DNA from: Nageia nagi
Taxonomy: Eukaryota > Plantae > Pinophyta
NCBI GenBank assembly: GCA_050084985.1
Contig: JBITNC010000002.1
Location: forward strand, 11,904,001-11,968,000
Length of the DNA stretch: 64,000 nt
Reading direction: 5' to 3'
The notes under the pieces are model-generated. The model saw nothing but the letters and a program-made list of their open reading frames with translations, was not told the DNA's origin and did no database searches. Of the stretch, positions 1 through 12,490 are shown one piece after another; positions within the stretch are counted from its first letter, which is position 1; each line of letters opens with the position of its first letter. The position numbers and the translations under genes are program-made.

Positions 1-131
1 AGGTAATCATAATCTAGGGAAAAATCATCCTTTTCTTTGTCCATTTCAATATTAGAAGAACAAAGAACTTTCTTGCTTTTGGGATCTATATCCACGCACT
101 CTGCTTCCCAGAATTCCACAGCTTCCTTCTT
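1..131 (-). CDS. NDB: NDB-type NAD(P)H dehydrogenase, exon 3 (runs off the window)
   Basis: Acceptor ctttttgtttttcag|, then KKEAVEFWEAECVDIDPKSKKVLCSSNIEMDKEKDDFSLDYDYL, matching the NDB pattern EAECxxID..KKV.C....FxxDYDYL. Phase 0 matches the end of exon 2. Confidence 0.92.
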
Positions 132-871
132 CTGAAAAACAAAAAGGCGCAGTTCAATGAAAGTATCAATACATAAAAGTTTAGAATATAGTAAAACATC
201 AATATTCAAAAGCACTAAAGGCTGCAGATTGTCGGTTACAAACATCTGATTGAATTCCACAACTGTAAAGCTTTGAAAGTAAGCAGAGCTGAGAACACAC
301 ATGTATATTTGAGCCTCATATTTCTTTCTTCTATCTTTGGAGTGATTGAAGACAAATATTTTGCCAAGCAGATTTTGCAAATTCTGTTTGTTCCTACTAG
401 CAAATCAATTTGTTCTATTTATGATATATTTATGATAAGTTGCAGATTCTGGTAATTCTTTTGAAACTAATCTGCTCACCAAATCTTAGATTTGAGTCCA
501 TCGGTTTCCAAGGACACACGCTATTGTGCTCAATTCGATGAGACAAATCCAATGAGGTGGATTTGGTTTGGAGTGAGTTCAGGCCCGCTCAGGAAGATAC
601 AAAAGATATATGTTGCAGCAATTGTCTTGTTGAGACAAATTTATTAACATAGGTCTTCCAACGACTCTAGTGCAGTCAGAATCTCAACTCTTAACGATTT
701 GCAAGAATTTATAGCCCAACAAAATTTTATCGAGATGGGTTATATGAATAGAAAGAAAAAAAAGAGAAAAAAGAATAGGTACCCAAAAGATTCAGACCTA
801 ATGCCTTGTGTAAAGTTTGGTAATACCCCTAAAATCACTCCTCTAAACTCTGACAAGTAACTAACAACATT

Positions 872-1243
872 GCTCTGATACCACTTGTTATGTATCCACT
901 AGTAAAATAAATAAAATTGCAAGCAAGATCCACAGTTACAGCAAAATAACAGTAATGCAATGGCAGACAGAACAACATAATCATGCAATATAATCAAGAA
1001 CACCATGTGTAATTACCAATTCCAAAATATAACAAAAGTTCGCTATAGAATAGCAAATCCAAAGATCCAAGACACCCTTGCCGCTTCAAGGAAGGAAACT
1101 CACCAAGTATTCATGATGAGAAACAAAGATATGATTTCACAAGTTATGATGATTATGACCTAGTCATATTTATATGAAAATCTAACTAATGCACAAAGTC
1201 AAGCTAGTCCTGTGCTCTATAGCTGATAAGTGGTAAGGTTAGC
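872..1243 (-). mobile_element. LTR with tRNA-iMet PBS (5' end of a truncated LTR retrotransposon)
   Basis: GCTCTGATACCA at 872-883 (TGGTATCAGAGC on minus) followed by TG at 886. Right boundary approximate. Confidence 0.6.
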
Positions 1244-2600
1244 ATCAATCAAATTAATGATAAAAGTCATGCCATACCACGATTGTGGCACTTTCTATGC
1301 TTGTCTGCAAATCTTCATTTTCAGCTTGAAGAAAAATTTCCTTCAAAGAAACCTTCTTATACAAGTCTACTTTAAGTTCACATTGTTGGGGATTCACCCA
1401 AACTTGTCTACTTGTTTTAATGACCGTCTTTATACTCAAGTTTGTTCTCCAATTCTACAAACTTGGTCAACAGGTTCTAACTTTCTTCCCTCAATTAAGT
1501 TTGTGTTTTTTCTATTTTTGAGAAAAAGAATGAGCAAAGACATACACATTTGCATCGTCATCATCATTATAAATTTCATTGTCATAGTTTGCAACGATAG
1601 CTTTGATGCTTGAACTTGCTTTGATAAGAAAACTTCTTCTGTGATGAGGTACAACCTGGACTTTACCCTTGAATCTTTATGTTGAACCAACAATCATTTG
1701 CATTGTGATTTGTCATGCAACAAGAACAATAGCATTTCTATTTCTTCTAATTATCCTTATGACGCACGAGGAGAAGATTAGATCTGCAGGAGATGCGTAT
1801 GATCACATCCTTCTTCACTCCTTGAGTGTCTACACCATAGACCGGATCTTCGGAGACTAGAGAGCCTCCGTCCCATGACACAGAGCACTTACAGATCGAT
1901 TCTTAGAGAGTTCTTGACATAGCCACTCCAAGTTACCCTAGTAGAAGGGATCCAGGCCCCTCCATTAGGGTTTTCAAGATGCTCCGTTGTACTTTTGTTT
2001 TATCTCTCACTTTATGTTAGTTTTTACTTTAGTAGTGTGAGCCCGATAGGGGCTAAGTTGGTTTTTTCTGACCATTTCTGTAATCAAAAGTCCCATTGGC
2101 CGCTTTTGGCCATCTGTGAACATTCCTATAATTTCTTTCTTTCTTTTCTTCACCAAGATCGCTTTTCTGTTTGCAATGGTTCTTGATGGCGATAAAACCA
2201 ATTAGCTCGTCAAAGCCCACAAATCTGTGACAAACTATCATGCAGTGACAAAAGCCTTGAAATAAGGTGGAAGTGTCTTCAAGATCGCCATTATGAGATC
2301 TCCATCAATTGTATAGTCCATTGCTAAAAGTTGTGATTTTAATTATAATTTGCAAAAAAACTGCTAGCATTCCATCTTCATGCATTGTAAGTGTGTAAAG
2401 TTGTCCCTTCAACTGCATGATTCTAGCTTGGTTGTTTTGACAAGATATAATTCAAAAGGAAGAACATTGACAAAGTTTGACTTGACAACAGGACTTTAAA
2501 CATTCAACGCTTTCCATTGATCTTTCACACACTTCAATAACATAGGATACAAGTTCAAAATGACAAATAGAAGTTCATTGACCAAAGATTAGTTGGTTGA
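1244..2600 (-). mobile_element. Ty1/Copia gag remnant
   Basis: Minus-strand ..RIMQLKGQLYTLTM..QLLAMDYTIDGDLIMAILKTLPPYFKAFVTA..FDELIGFI (Copia gag/UBN2-like) and degraded zinc knuckles (YCSCCMTNHNANDCW; CHNRG), with stops and frameshifts. Confidence 0.65.
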
Positions 2601-2604
2601 CTAT

Positions 2605-4380
2605 CATGGTGCAAACCATAGAATAAAAAAATGATTTTTTGAAAATACGGCCCAGGGCCAAATACGGAAAAAATGGCCATTAAACGGTCAAAATACGTTG
2701 AATACGGCAAAAATTCGCAGCTCTAAAATTACGTAAATATGAAAAAAAAGGGGAAAAACTAATAAAAAAACGGAAAAGAAACGGAAAATACAAGAAAAAT
2801 ATGTGATCAAAAAAAGGAAAATATGGCAAATAAATGGACAAAAGACGAGGAAAAATGGAAAAAACATGATGCATTGAAAAATAAAAAATAAAATGCAATT
2901 TTTTTAACTTTTTCTATACAATATGCTTATCTAATTGCCATAAATGATTAAATCATTCACATAAACGATTATATCGTCTACCAAGTACCAACACATTCAT
3001 ATTTCATAAATCATATCATCGATATATGAAAATAAAAGACATCTACAAAATGGTTTTCATATCATAAGTTATAAATCTACTACTACTAGTACTGTCCCAT
3101 ACACTCATAATGCCACTAAGTGTCCACTGTCAAGCACCAAGTCCAACAAAGTACAAATACTACTAAATACAATGTCTCATGAGTAATGACTCCATGTGTG
3201 GGCCCTGGGGACTCATCAATATGTGTTGTCCGGGGCTCTAGTCCCTTTACTAATCAATCGGCCGCCACTACTAGTACTACCAATACCAATACCACGTGCT
3301 CCACTAATAGGTGTAGTAGGAGATTGAGAGTGAGAATGTCGTCTCGTAAGGGTAGGAGCACTACGAGGAGGCAATCCTAAACTACTAGAACCGCCACCAA
3401 CACTCTTGCGGGGCTTTTGCCTAATCCTCTGGTACCGAATGATTGGCTCATCATTGTCAGGTTCACTCTCCATGTCTCGGTAAACCTGACGCTCATAAAC
3501 CTGGTGAGGTCCAACACCATGATCAATCTCCACAGGAGGAAATGGATCAAAACATTGATGCTCCTCCTCCTCCTCCTCGCCCTCATCTGCAAGTTCATCT
3601 ATCTCCTTCTCCATGTCAAGCCATTCTTCTCAAAATGCTTCATGTATTTCCTCCTCTGGATCTACCACTACATCCACTGGAGGTGCATCACTATGAAAAT
3701 GCAAAAAAAAAGTCAACAAATACACTTTTATAGGACCTATCAAGATATTTTAAAAATCACATGTAGGGGGTGCTAGGTGAACCGTGAGAGTAAAAACGAA
3801 GAAGTAACTTGTATGAGGGATCAATGGCAATCAAGTTAATGGGCTCATCCTCATCCTTCTTTTGCAGTTGCCTTACATACAATCGTAGGTTGACATAAAT
3901 GTACACAATATCATTCAAGCGTTGTGTTTTCAACCTATTAACATAAAAAAATGAGATAATGAGAAATTGAGAATTGAAAGTGAAGTAAGAAATTTCCATT
4001 GCATTTTGAAAGTTGAAAAGAATCACAATTGAAATGAATCAAATTACTAAATTGTTGCGCTTCTTGGAGTGAATTTTTTCAAATGCACTCCAATTGCGCT
4101 CACATCTTGAAACGCTACACGTTTGACTAAGGATGCGGATGGCAAATCTTTGCAACTCAGGTGTTTCAACTGCAAAATTCGCCCATCACAACTCTAAAAA
4201 ATGTAGAATATCAAATCAGAAAAAAATTAAATATTTAAAATTTTAAATGCCTAAATGTATAAACTTAAAACTTAAAAAGCTAAAAGTAATGCATGAACTT
4301 TGAATTTTTCTCACCTAGAGCAATCATGAAACGTGCCTCTCTAGCGAATTGGTACCCAAAGAGGCCTCGGGAGTGCTTGT
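2605..4380 (-). mobile_element. hAT DNA transposon deletion derivative (transposase C-terminus, acidic tail, one terminus)
   Basis: NRLKTQRLNDIVYIYVNLRL (about 3882-3940) matches the end of the hAT dimerisation domain. A short intron (about 3691-3760) precedes an acidic tail ORF (3216-3614). Terminus CATGGTG at 2605 with AATACG(G) subterminal repeats at 2643-2710. Confidence 0.7.
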
Positions 4381-5816
4381 ATGACTCATGATGTGTGAAG
4401 TTGCCCTCAAGGGGGAGTGAAGTTTGAATTCTTGTGTTGAATTCATGTTTGTAATGACAACTTCACCCTTAGGAGGATTTTGTGCTGTATATTGATTTTG
4501 TTGTACACCTTCGTGGTAAGTTCGCTCTGCATGAGGAACTTGTACAAATTGGCCAATCTTGCACTGTTCAATTATCCATGTGTGAGGAACTCATGTGTCT
4601 TTTGGCACTATTCAGTTATCCATATGTGAGGAACTTGTATGTGCATACTCTATTTTTGGTCAATCTAGCATTGTTTAGTTATCCATGTGTGAGGAACTCT
4701 TATGTGTCTTTTGGCACTGTTCAGTTATCCATATGTGAAGAATTCGTATGTGCATACTCTATTTTTGGTCAATCTAGCACTGTTCAATTATCCATGTGTG
4801 AGAAACTCTTATGTCTTTTGGCACTATTCAGTTATCCATATGTGAGGAACTCGTATGTGCATGCTCTATTTTGTAATGATAATCAACACATGTTTTATAT
4901 ACATCAAGTGACTATAAGTTTTTGGCATGGCATCTTCATGATGACTTATAGTGCACCGTTGATCAGTTCATGATGGCATTTGTGTGATTCATCTATCCTT
5001 GTTGATATGAATATGATGCATCTAACTGATCTTGTTATTTGAGCTGCTTATACCTTGCAGGTTCCTTTGAGATTGCAGGTTACTTACCTCAAGTATGCAG
5101 GCTCTTGAAGACTCTTCATGACTTCCAATTGGATGACTACTTCATGTACATTGAAACCGGTTGTGGTTAATGATTGTATTTGGCAAAGTAATGAGTCTCA
5201 AACTAGATCTTTCTTACTTCACAAATATGTAAAAAGTTCTCATCTCCGTTGTATCTGTTGGAGGAGAACTCTCTTCTTCTTTTCTCTTACTCGCTCTATC
5301 CCAATATTGCATTAAGGGGGAGTGTTGGAATGTATAATGCATTATTGTAAAGGTTTGTATTAAATTTTCTATGTAAGTTCACTAATACTTAAGGGTATCA
5401 TTTGATACCTTACGTATTTAAGTGAATATGATAATATAACTTGTCCTACAATCCATATCATGAGCATGCCCCTTAGATAAAAGGATGTGCATGTCATGCT
5501 TTTGTACATTAAATAAAAGGGTGATCCAAACAGGGATTTTGGCCTACAAATAGAAGGCTCCCTCTTTGTGATCACACACCAATTGTGAAGTAAATTTATG
5601 CTATAGGATAGAAGTATAGGAGTTGAGATTAGGAGAATTGTAAGAGAGTTGTATTTGTGATTGAAATAAATATCTAGTTAGTGGATCTACTCCTAGTTGG
5701 AGGAACCACTTACATCTTGTGTTGTGAGATAGCTATGTAAGTTTGTTAGATTTACTTGTGAGCCTTCCTATGATCTTGGTTGATTAGGAATTATCTTGTT
5801 AGTGTTAGTTCCTTCA
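4380..5816 (+). mobile_element. 3' part of a Copia-type element: 3'UTR, PPT and 3' LTR (5323-5816)
   Basis: PPT AAGGGGGAG at 5314-5322, then TGTTGG...CCTTCA. The LTR is the same family as 43183-43676. Confidence 0.8.
4549..4873 (+). repeat. Tandem array, about 3 copies of a ~109-bp unit built from two related subunits
   Basis: Recurrent GCACTRTTCARTTATCCATRTGTGAGGAACT with two alternating linkers. Confidence 0.85.
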
Positions 5817-8548
5817 GACATGAGAGAGAGAACGTGTGGCCACTAATAACATGGTGAAGTGTGTCAGGAACAAAGAGAAGGATCCATCTCCACCGCTGAG
5901 ACCACCTGGAGAATCAACTGCATGTCCATCACCAATCGTTCCGCCATTTGGGTCCTCATCCTCTAGTCCAGGTATGAACCCGATGACAGTCAAGAGGAAG
6001 GACAAGCAGTTGAATTAGAAGATGAACAGGAAGTACAATGCAGCGCAATGATGGTCCGGATACTCAACAAGAGGACACATCTTTGGAGATTGTGAAAGTA
6101 GTTCAAAAGCCTACTCCCTCAGAACCTTCAACAAGAAAGGGTAAACGTCCAGCTTCAAAGTCAGTACAGAGAAGAACATAATTGAAGAAGCCTTCCCAGT
6201 CTCGATCAACAGACATTTCCGAAAAGCACAGTGAGTAAGAAGAGAGACCCTTGAAAAGAGCCACAAAAAGCACTACCGCTATTCAGGAGGCAGTTGTCTA
6301 AACCCATCAGCCACCACCCAAGGATGAATGGGGAGTTAACATGGAAGAGTGTCTAGATGTGTTTAACATGGATGTCGGAGAAGAGTTTGGAGTTAGAGAA
6401 GAGAATAATAAAATTGGAGAAAGCTCTACCCACCTGGGTAAAACCTAGACTTATGTGCAATTAGCTAATAATGCGGTTCACATCAAGACTATAATTGCCG
6501 ACAAGGGTAACCCGCAACGACTTGGAGACCTTAGACAGATAAACTAGATCATCAATACAAGTCCTATTGGTGTGGTTGGTCGCAAACATATGATCATATC
6601 CAACACTAAGGCAATTGCTAAAGACAATATGATGAAAGAAAAAGAAATAAAAAGCCTCAAGAAGGAGTTAGCTGCTCAAAAAAAATTGACTTGAGAGTTA
6701 GAGTCAGCAAAGGTACCCACAAAGGAGCTTCAAAAGATAAAAGCCCTCAAGGAGGGTATGATTGCAATAAAACAAGAGGTAATCGATGAGATCTTGGTGG
6801 TGGTTCAGCAGTTCGTTGGTGCATTGCAAAGGGTCACACTTGAACAAAAGTTAAAGGACATTATGGTGGAGAGAGCTAGCCTTCTCAGAATTCTAGATTC
6901 CCGAAAGACAATGATAATGAGATTTGAGATGACATAGGATCAGAGGCCTGAGGATGTGAAGTTTTGTTAAGATTACTGATTTTACTTGGGTGTTGTCAAT
7001 CAGATAGCCACTCGCTTCCAGAAGGTGCATAAGGAGGTTGAAGTACTCAATGACAAGGCTAACACCAACCTTGAACAGAGAGAGTTTCAGGTCAAATTCA
7101 TAGATGATGATGCCACCATTAGGGACAAGGACCTGGTAATGGCTAAAGTCAAACACTTTCTCCATAGCTTGATTATAACTGATGATGTCAACACCTATCA
7201 GACTAGAAGTCATCTTAGACACATGTTGAGAGCTCATACCTGGAAGAATGATATGCAAAGGGTGATTGAAGAGGTTGGACATTGTGTTGCTGGGAATGGG
7301 CCAAAGATGTCAGAGATGCTACGTGGATTGGAGCTCATGGCAAAATTCTTGGACGAAGATTTCGAAGGACGTGTTGAGGCTTTGGGCCCACCTTCATCTT
7401 AATCACAATTTTCATAGTTTATTATTTTATTTCCAAGAAAAGATGCTTATTTTGATAAGATACTTTTATTATATTTGTTATTCAATTCTCAAACTTGTGA
7501 TGGATGAGGATTTGCTTCCACAAGTTTGGAAGATACTTTGTAATGCCATATGGCAATTTGTGATTTGACCATGTGTATTTTCTCTTATTTTGAAAATAGG
7601 GTTAGGGCAACATTTAGGGTTGCCAAGAAAACTATTTATAGCCCATTTGGGCTCATTTGTAAGGGATTAGACATTTTTGCACTTGTGACAGAATTAATTC
7701 TATTGCCAATTAAACAAGTTTGCTCCATTTGTGAATGTGGTGCGATTTCAAGTAATTGAATAGTGAATGATTTCATTTGATGGGACTATGAATGTTATTT
7801 GTGCACTTTGAGTGGATGAATGCTATTACTATCTTGTCTTATTTGAGTTGCTTGGATCATCTCATAAACCTTTTCTAAGGTGGATGAGAGAGTAGTTGAA
7901 TATCTCTTGAAGTGATTTAAGTAAAATTTGACTTGTGATAAGTCCATAGTTTGCATAATTAGACCTGTGCATTTTGTGATGGCCATCTCTTATGACGCTT
8001 AGCTTAGGAACTTCAATCCACAATCGAAGATCTACTCATGACCTACCTTATTCCACCCTTGCCATTGCTTTAGGCTCCTTTTACTAGTCCATTCATGTCA
8101 TTGGCTAGTAGAGTGGACACGGATTTCGTGGAACCTAAATCAAGCCCAAGAGAAGCAAATCCCAATCTTATGTACATGTCGATGAAACCGTATGCACCTG
8201 TGCCTGATTCGTACACTATGGTCTAATCTATCCATTTCCTTTATTTTTCATTTTTTCTGCATGGCTTTCGCAACCTAATTTTCTATTTTGTTCGAGAAAC
8301 AACCACTTTTTGGAGATAGGGACCCTTCGAGTGCTTGATTAACAAATCATATTGAGTTGGGAACAACTTCAAACATCTCAACCAATCTCCTAAGTAACCT
8401 CTTGCACACCCCATCACGAGACCTTTGAGGTAACCAATCCTCATAGCGGGTAAGGGTCGCGCCCTATCAAATAGGTGTTGGTGTCTTCCTACAAGCCTTG
8501 CAAGCCCATTTGCCTATTAGCAAGGTAGGAAAGAAAAAGCCCCCAACA
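5817..8548 (+). mobile_element. Partial long LTR related to the 20629-29801 family, with a decayed coiled-coil ORF (about 5820-7402)
   Basis: 8473-8548 aligns with the reverse complement of 20629-20705 and ends CCCAACA; 7595-7645 resembles the TATA region of that LTR. The upstream K/E-rich frame is broken by TAG/TGA stops. Confidence 0.65.
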
Positions 8549-9727
8549 CATTCTTCAACTCAAGGTTGAAGAGTTTTAATTGAAGTCGTATAAATTCCAA
8601 TTGGGAATGAGTATCATATAGGTCCTTCAATTTCTTCAAAGTTTTCAATGCATCACCTCCAACGGACTTGATGCGGTGGCTAATTTCCTCACTCATTGAA
8701 GAAGAAATCAAGGCATAAGCTTTCTTGTTCTTTACATTCCATATTGCAAGCTCCTTTACATCTGTTGGCTTATTAGGAGAGTTATCGCCATCACAAACAC
8801 CATCATAAAAATCATTGAAAACGATGTGCTTGTAATTTTTCTATGCCACTTTTCCCAATTCTCCTTTCTGATAAAGGTAGCACCAACAAGGGAAACAAGG
8901 GAATGCATGTTTATGATGAAATAATAATTGGTTTTTAACACAAATTTTCTAAGATTTCTTTACAAATACAGTCAATAAACAAATATAGCTATCACAACCA
9001 TCTTCCACCTCCTCAAATAAACAGATTTTTCCTGTGATTCTTCACGATCCGACATAAAACAACCACCTCTACTGCATGAAAACGAGGCAAATCTATAACT
9101 TGGATTAACATGGCATTGCTATCAAAACACTAGCCATAAAACAACCCAACATTCACCACCAAAAAGCCATACAATAGGAAGAATAACAGTAGTTTCACCC
9201 ATGAAGAGGGAAGAGAAAAACCCCATGAACAGAAGAAGATATAAACTGTGGCAGCTCCTAAAAACTTGACTATACAAATTTAATGGAAATGGGTATCTAG
9301 AACTTTTCACTTAATGGAAAACTGATAACCATATTAAAAATTATGCACAAAAATGGAAAATTGAAGTATACTCGAATTTGCAAGAAAAAAACTCACATGG
9401 GACACCAAAAATACACCAAACTTTAATACCACTATAAGGCCCACTCTTAGATTTGCAAATCCAAATTCTATTAACTCCAAAATTCATGTAATAGATCAAC
9501 ACAACATTCATAAATAGAGGAAAAAGTGGCTTATCACTTCACCTCAAGAGACTTTTTAACTCCTTAAAGACTCTACAACTTCATCTTACTATGACCTTTG
9601 GAATTCCTCCAACACACAAATCCCAAAATACATAAATATAAAATACTTTCTCCCACCTATACACTTATAACAGCTAAATCTAATTATTTACATTCAACCT
9701 TAATCCCTAAGAATTAGGTTTCCTACA
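8549..9727 (-). mobile_element. 5' part of a Copia element: LTR (about 9433-9727), degenerate Met PBS (9420-9431), gag N-terminus
   Basis: ACTTTAATACCA PBS variant; WNVKNKKAYALISSSMSEEISHRI..LKKLKDLYDTHSQLEFIRLQLKLFNLEL gag, cut at 8549 by the LTR described above. Confidence 0.65.
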
Positions 9728-11881
9728 AATGATAGAACAATCCCTGAATCTTAAGCTTGTTGCACATTTACAGCTTATGAGGGATATGCTTTTTGTTTCT
9801 CTCTCGGACTAACAACGTTTTCAAATACATTTACAGGATATTACAACAAAGTTGAACTTTTTTTGTATTATTATGGCTGTAATGCTTTATGAATCTCAGA
9901 TTAGGCACACATTTAATGGGTCCTCCTTCTTCAGCATTGATCTGTTGCAAAAGGACAGTTATGCAATTATTCTTCAAGCTGAACTTTCTGTTCACCCAAA
10001 GTTACCAGAAATGAGAAATGTGACCACAACGATAACATGACGAGAAACAAGGATACCATAGGCTACATATAAGAAATGTATTTTATAAATATATATGTAA
10101 ATTTTAAAAAATCAAATATCTTGAAGTATGAATATAAAAAAAAATGTTCACAATGAATAAATTATACAAAAACCATCAAATAAAATTCAAAATGTTATGA
10201 TTTACATTGAAACAATATATAAAACAGTAGTATTAAATTGTTAAAATGTAACATATTTTATAATTGTCAGAATATAACACATAGCATAGTATAAAGTTAA
10301 CATACAAAATTAAATGACCATAAAGTGCCTTTCAAAACCATTTTATTCACTTCTTGTTGATTACCATCAATTGATTCTAAAAAAATAATTGATAAAAGTT
10401 AAAACAGCACACAATTAACATCAGTGTTTACACCTCAACAAAAGATTACAGCATTTAAAGTTTCGATGCTTTCTGTAAAGATCAAATTACAATCTCAAGT
10501 GCAAATTAGCAATTTCAACCAAGAAAATGCCCACGTCTGGCCTAGATGTGCAAATACAAGTATTCAAACCCTCACAATGCCAACGTTAGGGATAGGACAT
10601 CAATTACAAACTTCCACAACACAAAAATGCCAACGTGTGGCTCATACATGCATGAATACACAAGAAAAATATGGCGATTCAATACCCAACAGTTGTATAT
10701 AAGATAAATGATGATCAACAATACAATACCAGGCCCAATAAGGCTGACGTTGGCCTCAAGGGAGCCAAATAGGGCATAATGTGTATCCTCAAACTGGACA
10801 GACGAATGGGACAATCTTGCTCCCTCAGAACCCTAATCCTCTCCATCGAAGGAGCCCTCCTCTAATCCTGGAAACCACTGAAGGTAAAAGCGCAACCTCG
10901 AAATACCACCAAATGGGCAAAGGTGCTACACCAATGCCGTAGACTAACAAGATCCCTTAGCCTGCTAATCCTCCTAGATGCTGCACTTAGGGGTTTGCTT
11001 AGCATTGCACTATGTCTCTTACCCTCTAGACGATATCAAAGAATATAATAATCAAGCATATCCAACTATAAGGCTCCAATGCCTTTTATAACACTTTACT
11101 GGATTTGGATCTCACCTAGGATTCATCACCCTGCTCCTTTACTCCAACCTTAGCCTCCTAGGGGCCTAGAATGCCCAATGTGGGTGCCCAAGTGCCATAA
11201 ATGCCAATGTGGGGGTCTAGGAGTCTCCCCAAGGCTAGCGCATGTACATAAGTGCTCACCCATTTCCCTAAGTGCTAAACAGAATTTGGGATTCCCACAA
11301 TCATGATCGGGATCTCCAAGTACAATAAAACACCTATCTATGCTTGGGAGGGAGACATCCCACTTGGGGCTCACAGTGGGCTCCAATGACCCATTAAGTC
11401 TTCTATCCCAAGTATTAAATTAAAGTACCATGCAATAATAAAATATAATACAAAGGAGGAATCTGTTGGATTCCATAATTAATTATATCAATGTAAGGGG
11501 ATGTCACAAAGCCTCCCCTCTCAAATTGCTTGCCCTTAAGCAATGGTGTAAAGCTGCAACATATTATCTTCCAAGAATCCTTCAACCTTGTAGACTACAA
11601 TCTGCCAAAGTGGAATGCAACTTCAATATATCCTCTCCATGAGGTAGGTTTTGTATGAACTGCTGAAGTTGTATCCTCATGCATCCATAATGCATGCAAA
11701 AACTCTGATATACTGCAACTATCACTCCTCATCAACTGCTTCATGATTATTCTCAGCAAACATGGAGATGCATGTATGTCTTCGCGAGGATGTAACTACA
11801 AAAACCTCAAGTAAATCATGGGTGAGTATAAACAAGCGGAGCCTATGCTCCACATAGCTGAGGCCAGGCCTTCCCCAAGCT

Positions 11882-12490
11882 CAATGTGGGGTCCCAAAAT
11901 CTCCCAACTGCCAATGTGAGGTCCAAAACTCCTCTATCTTCCAACGTGCGATGCCAACTTGTCTCCTAGCCTAATGCTAAGTAGCTAACCCTTCCCAGGT
12001 CCAGCATGGAAAACCAACACTCCATCAACCCAAATGTTGGATGCTCAAGCCTATTAATGCCATCATGGTGTGCCCAAACTCCTCCATACCAATCATCATG
12101 CACCAGAATCCCTCATCCTCCCACTTGAGGTGTAGAAGTATCCCTGAGTCCAACGTGGGATGCAAGAGCTCCTCCAGGCCCAACATCCAGCTCCAAGCCT
12201 TCTTACTGCACCATATGAGGGGTAGAAGTTCCCTCAAGTCCAATGTTAGGTGGCAATCCTCCTCAAGGCCCAACCTGAGGTACCTAGCCTTCTCAAGGCT
12301 CAACACAAGGTGTAAGAGGTCCTCCATGCTCATCATGCAACTTCCAGCCTCCCCAAGCTCCAACGTGGTGTGTAAGAGGCCTTCCAAGCTCCACGTTAGG
12401 TATCCAAGCTCCTTGAGATCCAACGTTGGGTAGGGGAGATCCTCAGTGCTCCTCTCCTCATGCCCGAACTCCTCCATGTCCAACGTGACC
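11882..12490 (-). repeat. Diverged 30-bp tandem array (about 20 units) encoding 10-aa repeats
   Basis: CAAYGTRG-like core recurs every 30 nt; translates as LDMEEFGHEE / LDLKELGYLT / LGLEELLHPT and similar. Confidence 0.8.

Noticed and set aside
4482-4973. 163-aa hydrophobic ORF
   Set aside because: Translation of the tandem array in a retrotransposon UTR.
11882-12490. CRISPR-like array
   Set aside because: No constant repeat with unique spacers and no cas genes; eukaryotic retroelement context.
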